From Candidatus Dormiibacterota bacterium (GTDB lineage Bacteria; Chloroflexota; Dormibacteria; Aeolococcales; Aeolococcaceae), in assembly GCA_963716365.1 (NCBI GenBank), contig OY970307.1, positions 2,655,492 through 2,719,491 of the forward strand: a stretch of 64,000 nucleotides of DNA, given 5' to 3'. This document shows positions 31,034 to 41,329 of this stretch, one piece after another (the first letter of the stretch is position 1; each line of letters begins with the position of its first letter). The notes under the pieces were generated by a model that searched no databases, was not told the DNA's origin, and was given only the letters and a program-made list of their open reading frames with translations. Both the position numbers and the translations under genes were made by a program.

Positions 31034-31639
31034 TCAGGCGGCCGGCAGCGCGACCGCGACCGACGCCATGATCCTGGACCCCACGGACTCCGCCACACCG
31101 CGTGAGCAGATATCGATCTCGATCCAGTTGTCCGAGCCCATGGGAAACGGGATGAACTCACTGCGGCTGCGGTCGGCGCCGAGCCCGGTGCACTGGCCCT
31201 GTGCTCCGGTCAGATCGGTCATCCGCGCGGGGTGTCCCGAGACCGTTGTTGGTGTCCCCGGCTCACTGTCAAGGGTCCACTCCGGACTCCCGTTCTGAAA
31301 GATCTCGACGAGCACCGTGCCCGGCTGCAACGACTGTAACGGTGGCCCACACGTGATCGCGTTCGCTCCTGTCGTACACGGATTTGACAGCGACTGATTG
31401 CTGTAGGTTCCCACCAGATCTGTGAAGGAGCTCGGCTGTATCCACGCCTCTCCCACGTTCCAGTTGGACGGCACGGAAACGGTCACGTACCTGTGATCGA
31501 GCGTTCGACTGGCCCACGTGCCACTCGCGTTGATCGGCAGCGGTGATGGTGAGCTGCAGGCGGCCACCGTACCGAGCAGCACTGCGAGTGGCCCGACCGC
31601 GGCGAGCCGACAGACACGCAGTCGCAGCCTTTGATTCAC
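31034..31639 (-). CDS. putative lipoprotein
   Basis: Signal peptide with lipobox LLGTVAACSS. 201 aa, no family recognised. Confidence 0.4.
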   Translation of the reverse strand: MNQRLRLRVCRLAAVGPLAVLLGTVAACSSPSPLPINASGTWASRTLDHRYVTVSVPSNWNVGEAWIQPSSFTDLVGTYSNQSLSNPCTTGANAITCGPPLQSLQPGTVLVEIFQNGSPEWTLDSEPGTPTTVSGHPARMTDLTGAQGQCTGLGADRSRSEFIPFPMGSDNWIEIDICSRGVAESVGSRIMASVAVALPAA

Positions 31640-31645
31640 GGCTGA

Positions 31646-32779
31646 TCAGCGAGGGTTGACGCGCCGTCCACCCATGCGCGGCGCGGAATCCTTGAGGTGC
31701 GGTGAGAGCGGCACGTACGCTTTCGCATAGGCCCGATCGGTGCGTCCCTGCGCGTGATGGATCGCGGGCACCATGGCGCGTACGAGGAGGACCTGCAGCG
31801 CCGCGGCCACCGGGACGGCGAGGAGCGCGCCGATGAGCCCCTGCAGTGCGCCGCCGACAAGCAGCGCCAAGACCACTCCGAGCGCGGGGAGCGAGACGAC
31901 GCGGTTCATGACGATCGGGACGACAGTGTTGGCGTCGACGAGCTGGATCACGAGCAGCACGGCGAGCACCAGGATCGGATACTCGGGGCTGATGGTGAAG
32001 CCGAGGAGCACGGCGGGGACCACACCGAGGATCCCGCCCACCATCGGGATCGCCGCGCACAAACCGGCGAAGATGCCGAGGATCACCGAATCCGGAAGGC
32101 CCAGGATCGCGCACGCGACGCCGACGACCAATCCCACAGCGACGCTGTTGAGCGCACTCGCGCGCAGGAAGCCGCCCATGCGGAACCCCATCTCGCGAAA
32201 GATGTCGATGGCGAGCTCGTGGTGGGCTTCGGGAAAAAGGTCGACGGTGAATGCCTTCAGACGGTCGCTGCTCACCAGCCACAGAAAGCCGACGACGAGC
32301 ACGAGGACGAAGTTCACGACGAGGCTGAACATCGTCCCGCCGATGGCGATGAGGACCTTCTGCGTGGCGTCGACGACGCTTCCCAGCTGCTTGCCGATGT
32401 CGACGTTGAAATGAAACTGCTTCTCGATCCCGGCGAACCAGCTGAGAAAGTCCTTCTGGTACGTGGGGAAGTTGGATGCGAGTGACTGCGCTTCGCTCAC
32501 GATCGGCTGCACCAGGAGCAGCACCATGAGCGCCATCAGCGCCAGCAGCGCGATGTAGACGATGAGGATGCCGACAGGGACGGGAATCTTGCGTCGATGC
32601 AGGTCGGCGACGAGCGGCCGGATGCCCTCGGCAAACACGATCGCCACCAGGACGACCAGCACGATGCTGACGATGCTGGCCAGAAATGCCACGATCGCCA
32701 CGATCGCAAGGACGATCAGCGCCGCCGTGACGAGCGTTCGAACGGATATGGCCGAACTGATATCGCGACGGGTCGCCAT
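31646..32779 (-). CDS. AI-2E family (PerM-like) transporter
   Basis: 8 TM helices with the conserved C-terminal part AIPMVGGILGVVPAVLLGF and VMNRVVSLP. The start is uncertain (ATG 32779 or GTG 32887). Confidence 0.7.
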   Translation of the reverse strand: MATRRDISSAISVRTLVTAALIVLAIVAIVAFLASIVSIVLVVLVAIVFAEGIRPLVADLHRRKIPVPVGILIVYIALLALMALMVLLLVQPIVSEAQSLASNFPTYQKDFLSWFAGIEKQFHFNVDIGKQLGSVVDATQKVLIAIGGTMFSLVVNFVLVLVVGFLWLVSSDRLKAFTVDLFPEAHHELAIDIFREMGFRMGGFLRASALNSVAVGLVVGVACAILGLPDSVILGIFAGLCAAIPMVGGILGVVPAVLLGFTISPEYPILVLAVLLVIQLVDANTVVPIVMNRVVSLPALGVVLALLVGGALQGLIGALLAVPVAAALQVLLVRAMVPAIHHAQGRTDRAYAKAYVPLSPHLKDSAPRMGGRRVNPR

Positions 32780-32959
32780 CTGCCGTTCCGCGCCGAGGCG
32801 GTCGGCCTCTGCCTTCACCTCAGGTTTGGCCGGTTCGGGCGTGGCACCTTCGTCTGCCGCGGGCGCCGGGGGGTCGCGTCTTGCCACCTCCGGCAGCCTA
32901 CCAGCCTTCGTGCAGCCGTACGGGCTGCGCGGCCGGCGCGTTTGCGTACTCTGTCCGGC

Positions 32960-33907
32960 GTGAGTGACGCGGAGACGCGTCCACTCGGTGGCGTGCTGCA
33001 GGTCACCGTGGTGGGCATCGGCTGCAACAACTTCGGGCGAAGGCTCGACGCAGCCGGAGCCGCAACGGTCGTCCACGCGGCGCTCGACGAGGGCATCACC
33101 TTCTTCGACACCGCCGACATCTACGGCGGCGGGAAGAGCGAGGAGATGCTCGGCGCGGCACTCAAAGGACGGCGGGAGTCAGCCGTCATCGCGTCGAAGT
33201 TCGGACACGTCTCGGGAGGCCCGGGACACAGCGGCGGGTCACGTCGCTGGATCCGCATCGCGATCGAGGACAGCCTGCGACGCCTTGACACCGACTGGAT
33301 CGACCTCTACCAGCTGCACACGCCGGACCCGGATACGCCCATCGAGGAGACGCTCGAGACGCTCACCGAGCTGGTCAATGAGGGAAAGATCCGTAGTGCG
33401 GGATCATCGAACCTTGACGGCTCGCAGATTGCTGACGCGGACGGAGTGGCGCGTAGCCGTGGCCTCACCCGATTCGTCAGCGCTCAGAACGCCTACAGCC
33501 TTCTGGATCGATCCGTCGAGGAAGCGGTCATCCCTGCCTGTGAGGAATTCGATATCGCGATGATCCCGTACAGCCCGCTCGCGAACGGGTTGCTCACCGG
33601 GAAGCATCGTCGCGGTCAGCCGCCGGTACCCGGCACCCGCCTTGCGACCGCGCCGGGCGCCGACCCAGGTCGATGGCTCAACGATCGCAACTTCGACGTC
33701 GTCGAAGCGCTCGAGCGGTTCGCGCAGGAGCGCAACGTTTCGCTGCTTGACGTGGCGATCGGAGGGCTCGCAGCGCAGCCGCGGGTGGCCTCCGTCATTG
33801 CCGGGGCGATGACGGTCGAGCAAGTGGAGGCGAACGCTCGGGCCGGACGCTGGCGGCCCACCGCTGCCGATCTCGAGGAGCTGGACCGGGTCGCGCCTCG
33901 TCGATGA
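32960..33907 (+). CDS. aldo/keto reductase
   Basis: VVGIGCNNFG, FFDTADIYGGGKSEE, IDLYQLHTPD and GSSNL. The GTG at 32960 gives 315 aa; the upstream part of the track ORF is Arg-rich nonsense. Confidence 0.8.
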   Translation: MSDAETRPLGGVLQVTVVGIGCNNFGRRLDAAGAATVVHAALDEGITFFDTADIYGGGKSEEMLGAALKGRRESAVIASKFGHVSGGPGHSGGSRRWIRIAIEDSLRRLDTDWIDLYQLHTPDPDTPIEETLETLTELVNEGKIRSAGSSNLDGSQIADADGVARSRGLTRFVSAQNAYSLLDRSVEEAVIPACEEFDIAMIPYSPLANGLLTGKHRRGQPPVPGTRLATAPGADPGRWLNDRNFDVVEALERFAQERNVSLLDVAIGGLAAQPRVASVIAGAMTVEQVEANARAGRWRPTAADLEELDRVAPRR

Positions 33908-33938
33908 CGAAGAGCCCTTTCTCTAGACTTGGCCGCCG

Positions 33939-35126
33939 ATGAAGCTGCTCGAGTACCAGGCAAAACAGCAATTCGCCGCGGCGGGAATCGCGGTGCCCCC
34001 GGGCCGTCTGGCGCGCACGCCCGACGAGGCGGCTGCGGCCGCCAGGGAACTGGGTCGCGTGGCCGTCAAGGCGCAGGTTCCGATCGGCGGCCGGGGTAAG
34101 GCGGGCGGCATCGCGGTCGTTGACACCCCCGAGGAGGCGCACCGGGAAGCTGCGCGGATCCTTGCGATGGACATCCGCGGGTATCCCGTCCGGAGCGTCT
34201 GGTGTGAGACGGGGCTCGACATCGAGGCCGAGCTCTACCTCGGTATCACGCTGGATCGCGACCGGCGGCGGCTCGTGATCATCTTCTCCGCCGCGGGCGG
34301 CATGGAGATCGAGCAGGTCGCGGTCGAGGCGCCGGAACGGATCGCCAAGCTCTGGCCCGATCCGTTCGCGGGTCCGCAGCCGTACGAGATCCGGCAATTC
34401 GCATTCGCCGGCCTTGCGCATGCGCCGCAACTCCACGACCGCGTGCCAAAGCTCGTCAACTCGCTCGTCGGGATGACCACACGCCTCTACCAGGTGGCGA
34501 TGTCACTCGACGCGCTGACCTGCGAGATCAACCCGCTGGCGATGACGCCCGACGGCTCGCTCGTCGCCGCCGACGGCAAGCTCGAGATCGACGAGAACGC
34601 GCACTACCGCCACGCCGACGTTGCCGAGGAGCTGGCCAAGGACGAGACCGGCGACGACGGTCGCACCGGCGATGATCCCTTCGAGGTCGAGGCGAGGCGA
34701 CGCGGGCTGACGTACGTGCATCTCGACGGCGACATCGGCTGCATCGGCAACGGCGCGGGACTGACGATGAACACGCTCGACCTCGTCAAGCAACATGGTG
34801 GTGAGCCCGCGTGCTTCCTCGACATCGGCGGCGGTGCGAACGCCGAACGTGTGCGCAACGCCCTCGACATGGTGCTGCTCGACCCGAAGGTGCGCGGCGT
34901 CTTCATCAACGTCTTCGGGGGCATCACCCGAGGAGACGAGGTCGCGCGCGGGATCATCACCGCCCGCGACGAGTTGCACATCACGAAGCCGTTGGTGGTC
35001 CGCATGACCGGCACGATGGAAGAAGAAGGCCGCCGCCTCTTGCAGGAGGCAGGGATCACCCCGGGTAAGAGCGCGCCTGAAGGCGCTGCGGCGATCGTCG
35101 CGCTGACACGGGAGGGTTCGGCGTGA
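33939..35126 (+). CDS. sucC: succinyl-CoA synthetase beta subunit
   Basis: [32 protein letters not shown] and [14 protein letters not shown]. 395 aa. Confidence 0.95.
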   Translation: MKLLEYQAKQQFAAAGIAVPPGRLARTPDEAAAAARELGRVAVKAQVPIGGRGKAGGIAVVDTPEEAHREAARILAMDIRGYPVRSVWCETGLDIEAELYLGITLDRDRRRLVIIFSAAGGMEIEQVAVEAPERIAKLWPDPFAGPQPYEIRQFAFAGLAHAPQLHDRVPKLVNSLVGMTTRLYQVAMSLDALTCEINPLAMTPDGSLVAADGKLEIDENAHYRHADVAEELAKDETGDDGRTGDDPFEVEARRRGLTYVHLDGDIGCIGNGAGLTMNTLDLVKQHGGEPACFLDIGGGANAERVRNALDMVLLDPKVRGVFINVFGGITRGDEVARGIITARDELHITKPLVVRMTGTMEEEGRRLLQEAGITPGKSAPEGAAAIVALTREGSA

Positions 35127-35140
35127 ATCGTGCCGCACAC

Positions 35141-35266
35141 GGAGGGAAGGGCATGAACTGCGCAGGGCACGGGGTCGGAACGCCTTCGCCGTTCCGCCCC
35201 TCGCTCTCGCCGGGGGGGGTAGCCCCGGCTGCGAGACGGCCCCGCTCCGTTCATGCCCTTCCCTCC
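35141..35266. repeat. 126-nt palindromic structured element (MITE/REP-like or RNA element) in the sucC-sucD spacer
   Basis: The arms GGAGGGAAGGGCATGAAC (35141-35158) and GTTCATGCCCTTCCCTCC (35249-35266) are perfectly complementary over 18 nt. Inner hairpins lie at 35171-35200 and 35209-35229. Confidence 0.8.
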
Positions 35267-35298
35267 CTAGTTCGTCGCTTGGCGACTGGAAACCTCAC

Positions 35299-36183
35299 GT
35301 GAGCGTGCTCGTCGATCGCAACAGCCGAGTCGTCATACAGGGCATCACCGGGCGCGAAGGCAGCTTTCATACCGGTCAGATGCGCGCGTTCGGGACCAAC
35401 GTCGTCGCGGGTGTCTCGCCTGGGAAGGGCGGGACGGATCAAGACGGCGTGCCCATTTTCGACACGGTTGCCGATGCGGTCGCGGCTACTGAGGCCGATG
35501 TCTCCGGCATCTTCGTGCCGCCGCCGTTCGCCGCCGACGCGATCATGGAGTCGGCCGCCGCGGGGATCCGTTTGACGGTTTGCATCACCGAGGGGATTCC
35601 GGTGCAGGACATGATCCGGGCTCGCGACTTCGTTATTCGGACCGGCCACGACCTGCTCGGCGCCAACTGTCCGGGAATCGTCACTCCGGAGCAGTGCAAG
35701 ATCGGGATCATCCCCAACCACATCAATGTCCCGGGACCGGTAGGCATCGTCGGCCGCAGCGGGACGCTGACGTATGAGGTGATCCAGGGCCTTGGTCAGG
35801 GTGGGATGGGGCAGACCACGTCGGTTGGCATCGGCGGCGATCCGGTCATGGGGCTCAGCTTTCCCGATGTGCTGCAGCTGTTCGCAGACGACGCCGAGAC
35901 ACGCGCCGTCGTCCTCATCGGCGAGATCGGCGGCTCCGACGAGGAGACGGCCGCCGCATGGATTCGGAAGACCGGGTTCGACAAGCCGGTCGTCGCGTTC
36001 ATCTCCGGGCGCACCGCTCCTCCCGGCAAGCGCATGGGCCACGCCGGCGCGATCATCAGCGGGACGACTGGGAGCGCCCAGAGCAAGATCGACGCGCTCA
36101 CCGAGGCCGGCGCCGCGATCGCCGACACCATCGAGGACGTCGTTCTGCTCACAGCAGCGAGGCTGGGAACGCACGTTGGCTGA
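35299..36183 (+). CDS. sucD: succinyl-CoA synthetase alpha subunit
   Basis: [23 protein letters not shown]-like [10 protein letters not shown], and GHAGAIISG (phospho-His loop). 294 aa. Confidence 0.95.
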   Translation: MSVLVDRNSRVVIQGITGREGSFHTGQMRAFGTNVVAGVSPGKGGTDQDGVPIFDTVADAVAATEADVSGIFVPPPFAADAIMESAAAGIRLTVCITEGIPVQDMIRARDFVIRTGHDLLGANCPGIVTPEQCKIGIIPNHINVPGPVGIVGRSGTLTYEVIQGLGQGGMGQTTSVGIGGDPVMGLSFPDVLQLFADDAETRAVVLIGEIGGSDEETAAAWIRKTGFDKPVVAFISGRTAPPGKRMGHAGAIISGTTGSAQSKIDALTEAGAAIADTIEDVVLLTAARLGTHVG

Positions 36184-36655
36184 CGGCTGCGTGCTCTGCC
36201 GTGGAACGGCGGGGGACGCCGAGCTGGGGCGCGAGCAGGTCTGGGAGGACGCGCTTTGGCGCCTCACCACGAGTGTCGGTCCCGGTGACGTGACCCCAGG
36301 GTTCAGCTACCTCGAGCCCAAGCGCCACATTGCCAGCGTCGCCGATATGGAAGGCGATGAGGCCGCGACGTTCGGGACGGTCCTGGCGCGGTGCACGTCG
36401 GCACTGCGTGAGGCGGCGGGGGCGGACCTCGTCTACGTGTACCTCTTTGGGGACCACATCCCGCATATGCACGCGCACCTGGCACCCCACGTCGAGGGTG
36501 ACGCGCTCAACGGCTCGATGATCAAGGGGGAGGTCGAGGAGCGTGCGCTTCCATCCGGTGCGAAGGCGCTCTTCAGCAAGGACTATCCGGAGATCGACCA
36601 GGAACGCCTCCGGGCGGTTGCGGAGTCGACGCGGCGCTTGCTGAGCGGAGCCTAG
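36176..36655 (+). CDS. HIT family hydrolase
   Basis: CVLCRG near the N-terminus and histidine triad [14 protein letters not shown] at 36176 or GTG at 36191 is the probable start; the upstream part of the track ORF is antisense-like nonsense. Confidence 0.65.
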   Translation: MADGCVLCRGTAGDAELGREQVWEDALWRLTTSVGPGDVTPGFSYLEPKRHIASVADMEGDEAATFGTVLARCTSALREAAGADLVYVYLFGDHIPHMHAHLAPHVEGDALNGSMIKGEVEERALPSGAKALFSKDYPEIDQERLRAVAESTRRLLSGA

Positions 36656-36686
36656 GCACCATCCCGCCGCGCTACCGTTAGACGCA

Positions 36687-37865
36687 GTGAACTTCGATCT
36701 CAGCGACGAGCAGCGGCATATTCGCGACGCGGTCCGCGACTTCGCGCAGACGGAGATCGCGCCGCGTGCGGCCCACTACGACGAAACAGGGGATTTCCCG
36801 TACGACCTCGTCGCGGGAATGGCGGAGCTGGGGCTCTTCTCGCTGCCCTTCCCGGAAGACCTCGGCGGCGCCGGCGGCGACTTCATCTCGTACTGCCTCG
36901 CCATGGAAGAGGTGGCTCGCGCCGACGCGAGCTGCGCGATCACGCTCGAGGCGGCCGTGTCGCTCGGGATCTCGCCCATCGCGAAATTCGGAACGCCCGC
37001 GCAGCAGGAGCGGTGGCTCGGACCGCTCATGAAGGGCGAGAGCCTCTGGGCCTTCGGTCTGACCGAACCCGACGCCGGCTCGGATGCGGCGGGCACCACG
37101 ACGCGAGCGGTGCGCGATGGCGACGAGTGGGTGATCAACGGCCGCAAGGCGTTCATCACCAACGCGGGAACCGACATCAGCTCGGGGGTGACGATCACAG
37201 CCGTGACTGCGACGCAGAACGGCCACAAGGAGATCAGCACCATCGCCGTGGAGCGCGGGACGCCCGGCTATACGCAGGCGCCGAAGTACCGCAAGCTCGG
37301 CTGGCACGCGTCCGATACGCGCGAGCTCATCTTCGAGGACTGCCGTGTCCCGGTCGGCAACCTCATCGGTGAGATCGGCGCGGGGCTGACCCAGTTCCTG
37401 CAGATCCTCGAGGGCGGCCGCGTCGCGATCGCTGCGCTCTCCGTCGGTGTCGCGCAGGCATGCCTCGACGCGTCGCTCGCGTACTCGTCGGCGCGGCATC
37501 AGTTCGGTGTGCCGATCGCGACGTTCCAGGCGACGCAGTTCAAGCTCGCCGACATGGGCACGCAGATCGAGCTCGCGCGTTTGATGACATGGCGCGCGGC
37601 AGCGGCGATCGACGCCGGCAAGAGCGCGGCACCGTACGCGTCGATGGCGAAGTTGCACGCGTCCGAAGTGGCAACCGCATGTGCAAATCAGGCGGTCCAG
37701 ATCCACGGCGGCGCCGGGTTCATGGAGGAGTCGCCGGTTGCCCGCCTCTATCGGGACGTGAAGATCAACGAGATCGGTGAAGGCACGAGCGAAGTGCAGC
37801 GCATCCTGATCGCCCGGCATCTGCTCCGCCCCTTCGAAGTCCTCGAGGGTGACCGTGGCAACTGA
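36687..37865 (+). CDS. acyl-CoA dehydrogenase
   Basis: MNFDLSDEQRHIRDAVRDFA, GLTEPDAGSD, QIHGGAGFMEE and EIGEGTSEVQR. 392 aa. Confidence 0.9.
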   Translation: MNFDLSDEQRHIRDAVRDFAQTEIAPRAAHYDETGDFPYDLVAGMAELGLFSLPFPEDLGGAGGDFISYCLAMEEVARADASCAITLEAAVSLGISPIAKFGTPAQQERWLGPLMKGESLWAFGLTEPDAGSDAAGTTTRAVRDGDEWVINGRKAFITNAGTDISSGVTITAVTATQNGHKEISTIAVERGTPGYTQAPKYRKLGWHASDTRELIFEDCRVPVGNLIGEIGAGLTQFLQILEGGRVAIAALSVGVAQACLDASLAYSSARHQFGVPIATFQATQFKLADMGTQIELARLMTWRAAAAIDAGKSAAPYASMAKLHASEVATACANQAVQIHGGAGFMEESPVARLYRDVKINEIGEGTSEVQRILIARHLLRPFEVLEGDRGN

Positions 37866-39030
37866 GGCCGTCATCGTCGCAGCCGCTCGCACGCCATTCG
37901 GCAAGCTCGGTGGCGGGCTCGCCGGAGTCCCTGCCGTCGACCTCGGCGCGCGCGTCATTCGCGAAGTGCTCGACCGCACGCACACGGATCCAGCGGCAGT
38001 CGACCAATTGATCATGGGCATGGTGCTCCCGGCGGGACAGGGCCAGGTGCCGTCGCGACAGGCGGGATTGCGTGCCGGACTTCCCGCGACGGTGTCCTCG
38101 TTCACCGTCAACAAGGTCTGCGCGAGCGCGCTCAAGGCAGTGAATCTCGGTGCGTTGCTCATCCGCTCCGGCGAGGCCGACATCGTCGTCGCCGGCGGCA
38201 TGAAGTCGATGTCGCGCGCGCCGTATCTGCTCGAGGACCAGCGCTTCGGCAGTCGCTTCGGTGACCGCACCGTCGTCGACAGCATGATGCGCGACGGGCT
38301 CTGTTGCCCCGTCGACGGAGTGCTCATGGGTGTGCACGGCAGCGACGTTGCGGCGGAACTCGGCGTCAGCAGGCTCGAGCAGGACGAATGGGCGCTCCGC
38401 TCGCAGCTGCGATATCAAGATGCTCTTGCCGCGGGGAAGTTCAGTGACGAGATCGTGCCCGTCGCCGTCAAGGGTGGCAGCGTCGAACGCGACGAGCAGC
38501 CCCGTGCGGATTCGACTCTCGAAAAGCTGTCGGCATTGCGCGGTGCATTTGGCGACGGGTCGACCATCACCGCGGGCAACGCTCCTGGCATGAACGACGG
38601 CGCGACGGCGGTCATGCTGATGAGCGCCGAGCGGGCGCGTGCCGAAGGCCTCACGCCGCTTGGCACATGGCTCACGTACGGCGAGTCCGCAGCCGAGCAC
38701 CCGTATCTGGCGACGGTGCCCGCGCTGGCGATCGAGGCCGCGATGCGCCGGACGGACGGCGAGGTTGATGCGGGCAAGCTCGAGGTCGTCGAGATCAACG
38801 AGGCATTTGCGGCTGTCGCGATCACGAGCACGCGCATGCTCGAGGTGGACCCCGACCGCGTCAACGTCAACGGCGGCGCGATCGCCGTCGGCCATCCCAT
38901 CGGAGCCAGCGGCGCGCGAATTCTCATGACCCTCCTCTACGAGCTTCGCCGCCGTGGCGGTGGCTACGGAGCTGCCGGCATCTGCAGCGGTATCGCGCAG
39001 GGCGAGGCGACTCTCGTTCGAGTCGACTGA
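37849..39030 (+). CDS. acetyl-CoA C-acetyltransferase (thiolase)
   Basis: IVAAARTPFGKLGG, active-site region VNKVCASALKAV, NVNGGAIAVGHPIGASGARI and a C-terminal CSGIAQG. Confidence 0.9.
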   Translation: MTVATEAVIVAAARTPFGKLGGGLAGVPAVDLGARVIREVLDRTHTDPAAVDQLIMGMVLPAGQGQVPSRQAGLRAGLPATVSSFTVNKVCASALKAVNLGALLIRSGEADIVVAGGMKSMSRAPYLLEDQRFGSRFGDRTVVDSMMRDGLCCPVDGVLMGVHGSDVAAELGVSRLEQDEWALRSQLRYQDALAAGKFSDEIVPVAVKGGSVERDEQPRADSTLEKLSALRGAFGDGSTITAGNAPGMNDGATAVMLMSAERARAEGLTPLGTWLTYGESAAEHPYLATVPALAIEAAMRRTDGEVDAGKLEVVEINEAFAAVAITSTRMLEVDPDRVNVNGGAIAVGHPIGASGARILMTLLYELRRRGGGYGAAGICSGIAQGEATLVRVD

Positions 39031-40139
39031 ACATCGAACAGATTGCGCTCGCCGAGCGCGTCGCCGGCTTCGTCCAGGACGTCGTCGCGCCGATCGCGCC
39101 TGCGATGGCTCGCGGGGAGGGACCGCATCCAAAGCGCCTCGTCGAGGCGGCCGGAGAAGCCGGACTTGCGGGCATTCTGACCTCTGCCGAATACGGTGGC
39201 GCCGGAGGCACGCATCGTGACTTCATCCAGTTCATCGAAGCCGTCGCTCGCGCGGATGCCAGCAGCGCGGTGGTGCTCGACGTGCATCTCTCGGTCGGTA
39301 CCGAGCCGCTCATCGTTTTTGGCAATGATGACCAGAAGTCGCGGTACCTGCCGAGGCTTGCATCGGGGGAATGGCTCGCTGCGTTCGCGCTCACCGAGGC
39401 CGCGGGCGGCAGTGACGCGGTGGCGTTGCAGACGCAGGCCGTCCGCGATGGGGACGCGTACGTGCTCGACGGCTCCAAGGCATTCATCACCAGTGCGGGC
39501 GACGCCGACCTGTACATCGTGATGGCGCGGACCGGAAGTGGTGCACATGGTGTCAGCGCGTTTCTCGTCGAAGGCGCCTGGCCCGGAGTCAGCGCCGGTG
39601 TCCCGCTGACGAAGATGGGACTCCACGGGTCGTGGACCGCCGAGCTCGTCTTGCAGGACGTGCGCGTGCCGGTTGCCAACCGGCTCGGTGACGAGGGCAT
39701 CGGGTTCACGGTTGCGATGTCCGCGCTCGACAGCGGCCGCGTCGGTATCTCAGCACAGGCTGTCGGCATTGCTCAGGGGGCGCTGGATGCGGCGGTGGCC
39801 GCGTCGCGGAGTCGCCGCGACGCCGGCGTCGATTTCGACGCGCCGACGCTCGCCGACCTGGAGGTGCGCACGGCAACGGCGCGACAGCTCACGCGGCACG
39901 CAGCAGCACTGGTCGACGCGGGCGAGCGGGTGACCCTGGACGCGTCGATCGCCAAGCTCTACTCGACGGACACGTGCGTCGCAGTCGCGCAGGCTGCCGT
40001 CGATCTCTGTGCTCCCGAGTCGGGCGCCGATGACCATCCTGCGGCGGTGCGATTTCGCGACGCGAAGGCATGTCAGATCTACGAAGGCACCAACCAGATT
40101 CAGCGCATCGTGATCGCGCGTCACGTGTTCAACGCATGA
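39027..40139 (+). CDS. acyl-CoA dehydrogenase (apparent CTG start overlapping the thiolase stop)
   Basis: The frame reads (L/M)NIEQIALAERVAGFVQDVVAPIAP...LTEAAGGSD...IYEGTNQIQR. The first ATG/GTG/TTG in frame is at 39105, which would remove about 26 conserved N-terminal residues. Confidence 0.75.
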   Translation: MNIEQIALAERVAGFVQDVVAPIAPAMARGEGPHPKRLVEAAGEAGLAGILTSAEYGGAGGTHRDFIQFIEAVARADASSAVVLDVHLSVGTEPLIVFGNDDQKSRYLPRLASGEWLAAFALTEAAGGSDAVALQTQAVRDGDAYVLDGSKAFITSAGDADLYIVMARTGSGAHGVSAFLVEGAWPGVSAGVPLTKMGLHGSWTAELVLQDVRVPVANRLGDEGIGFTVAMSALDSGRVGISAQAVGIAQGALDAAVAASRSRRDAGVDFDAPTLADLEVRTATARQLTRHAAALVDAGERVTLDASIAKLYSTDTCVAVAQAAVDLCAPESGADDHPAAVRFRDAKACQIYEGTNQIQRIVIARHVFNA

Positions 40140-40172
40140 CCCGCGCCCAGCGGGCGAGGTAGCATCAAAAGC

Positions 40173-41321
40173 ATGGACGTACGCCTCAACGAAGAGCAGG
40201 TCGCGATCCGCGACACGGTTCGCGATATCGCTCGCGAGAAGATTGCGCCTCGCGCGGCGGACATCGATCGGACCGGCGAGTTCCCATGGGACATCGTCGA
40301 CCTCTATCGCAAGCACGACCTGTTCGCGCTGCCGTTTCCGCCCGAGTACGGTGGGCTTTCTGGCAGCGCGCTCACGCTCAACGTCGCGATCGAGGAGATC
40401 GCCAAGGTCTGCGCGACGAGCGCGCTGATCCTCACGGTGCAAGCGCTCGGCGGCTACGCGCTGATGATCGCCGGCACCGACGAGCAGAGGAAACGTCTGC
40501 TGCCCGACCTCGCGAGCGGCGCCAAGCTCAGTGCGTACGCGCTGAGCGAACCGGGCGCCGGCAGCGATCCGGCGGGGATGGTGACACGCGCCGACCGTCA
40601 CGGCGACGAGTACGTCATCACCGGCAGCAAGATCTGGATCACGGCCGGCGGCGTCGCGGACACCATCACGGTCTTCGCCAAAACCGATCCGACGCAACGC
40701 GCGAAGGGTGTGAGCGCATTCGTGCTCGAGGATGCGCAGCACCTGAAGGGCTTTACCGCCACGACGATTCACGGCAAGCTCGGCATCCGCGGGAGCAACA
40801 CCGCCGAGCTGCACTTCGACGAGGTGGTCGTCCCTGCGGCGAATCGCATCGGCGAGGAGGGCGACGGCTTCCGGATCGCGATGAAGGTGCTCGATCGCTC
40901 GCGTCCGGGCGTTGCGTCGCAGGCGCTGGGCATCGCCCAGGGAGCACTCGATTACGCCGTCGGATATGCGAAGGAGCGCAAGCAGTTCGGCAAGGCGATC
41001 GCCGAATTCCAGGGCATCCAGTTCATGGTCGCGGACATGGAGGCGCAGACGGCGGCCGCTCGGGCGATGGTCTACTGGGCCTCACAGCTCATCGACGACA
41101 AGAGCCCGGAGGTCGGTCATTTCGCGGCCATCGCGAAGTTGCTCGCCGCCGACACGGCGATGAAGGTGACCACGGACGCCGTGCAGATCCTCGGCGGCTA
41201 CGGCTACGTGAACGAGTACCCGGTGGAGCGGATGATGCGCGACGCCAAGATCACCCAGATCTACGAGGGGACCAGTCAGATCCAGCGCGTCGTGATCGCG
41301 CGTGATCTCCTCGGCAACTAG
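40173..41321 (+). CDS. acyl-CoA dehydrogenase (short/branched-chain type)
   Basis: MDVRLNEEQVAIRDTVRDIA, LSEPGAGSD, QILGGYGYVNEYP and IYEGTSQIQR. 382 aa. Confidence 0.9.
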   Translation: MDVRLNEEQVAIRDTVRDIAREKIAPRAADIDRTGEFPWDIVDLYRKHDLFALPFPPEYGGLSGSALTLNVAIEEIAKVCATSALILTVQALGGYALMIAGTDEQRKRLLPDLASGAKLSAYALSEPGAGSDPAGMVTRADRHGDEYVITGSKIWITAGGVADTITVFAKTDPTQRAKGVSAFVLEDAQHLKGFTATTIHGKLGIRGSNTAELHFDEVVVPAANRIGEEGDGFRIAMKVLDRSRPGVASQALGIAQGALDYAVGYAKERKQFGKAIAEFQGIQFMVADMEAQTAAARAMVYWASQLIDDKSPEVGHFAAIAKLLAADTAMKVTTDAVQILGGYGYVNEYPVERMMRDAKITQIYEGTSQIQRVVIARDLLGN

Positions 41322-41329
41322 GGTCGACT

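Noticed and set aside
35153-35302. 49-codon ORF inside the sucC-sucD palindromic element, with SD-like GGAGG and a stop overlapping the sucD start.
   Set aside because: The SD and ATG are simply part of the palindrome arm. GC3 (about 71%) is below that of real genes here, and the peptide ([22 protein letters not shown]...) looks like translated GC-rich spacer. It is kept only as a possible coupling device in the finding, not as a gene.
36678-39132. 549-aa and 455-aa minus-strand ORFs over the acyl-CoA dehydrogenase and thiolase genes (also 39750-40814 over the next ACADs).
   Set aside because: They are antisense shadows that cross gene boundaries, with Arg-rich composition.
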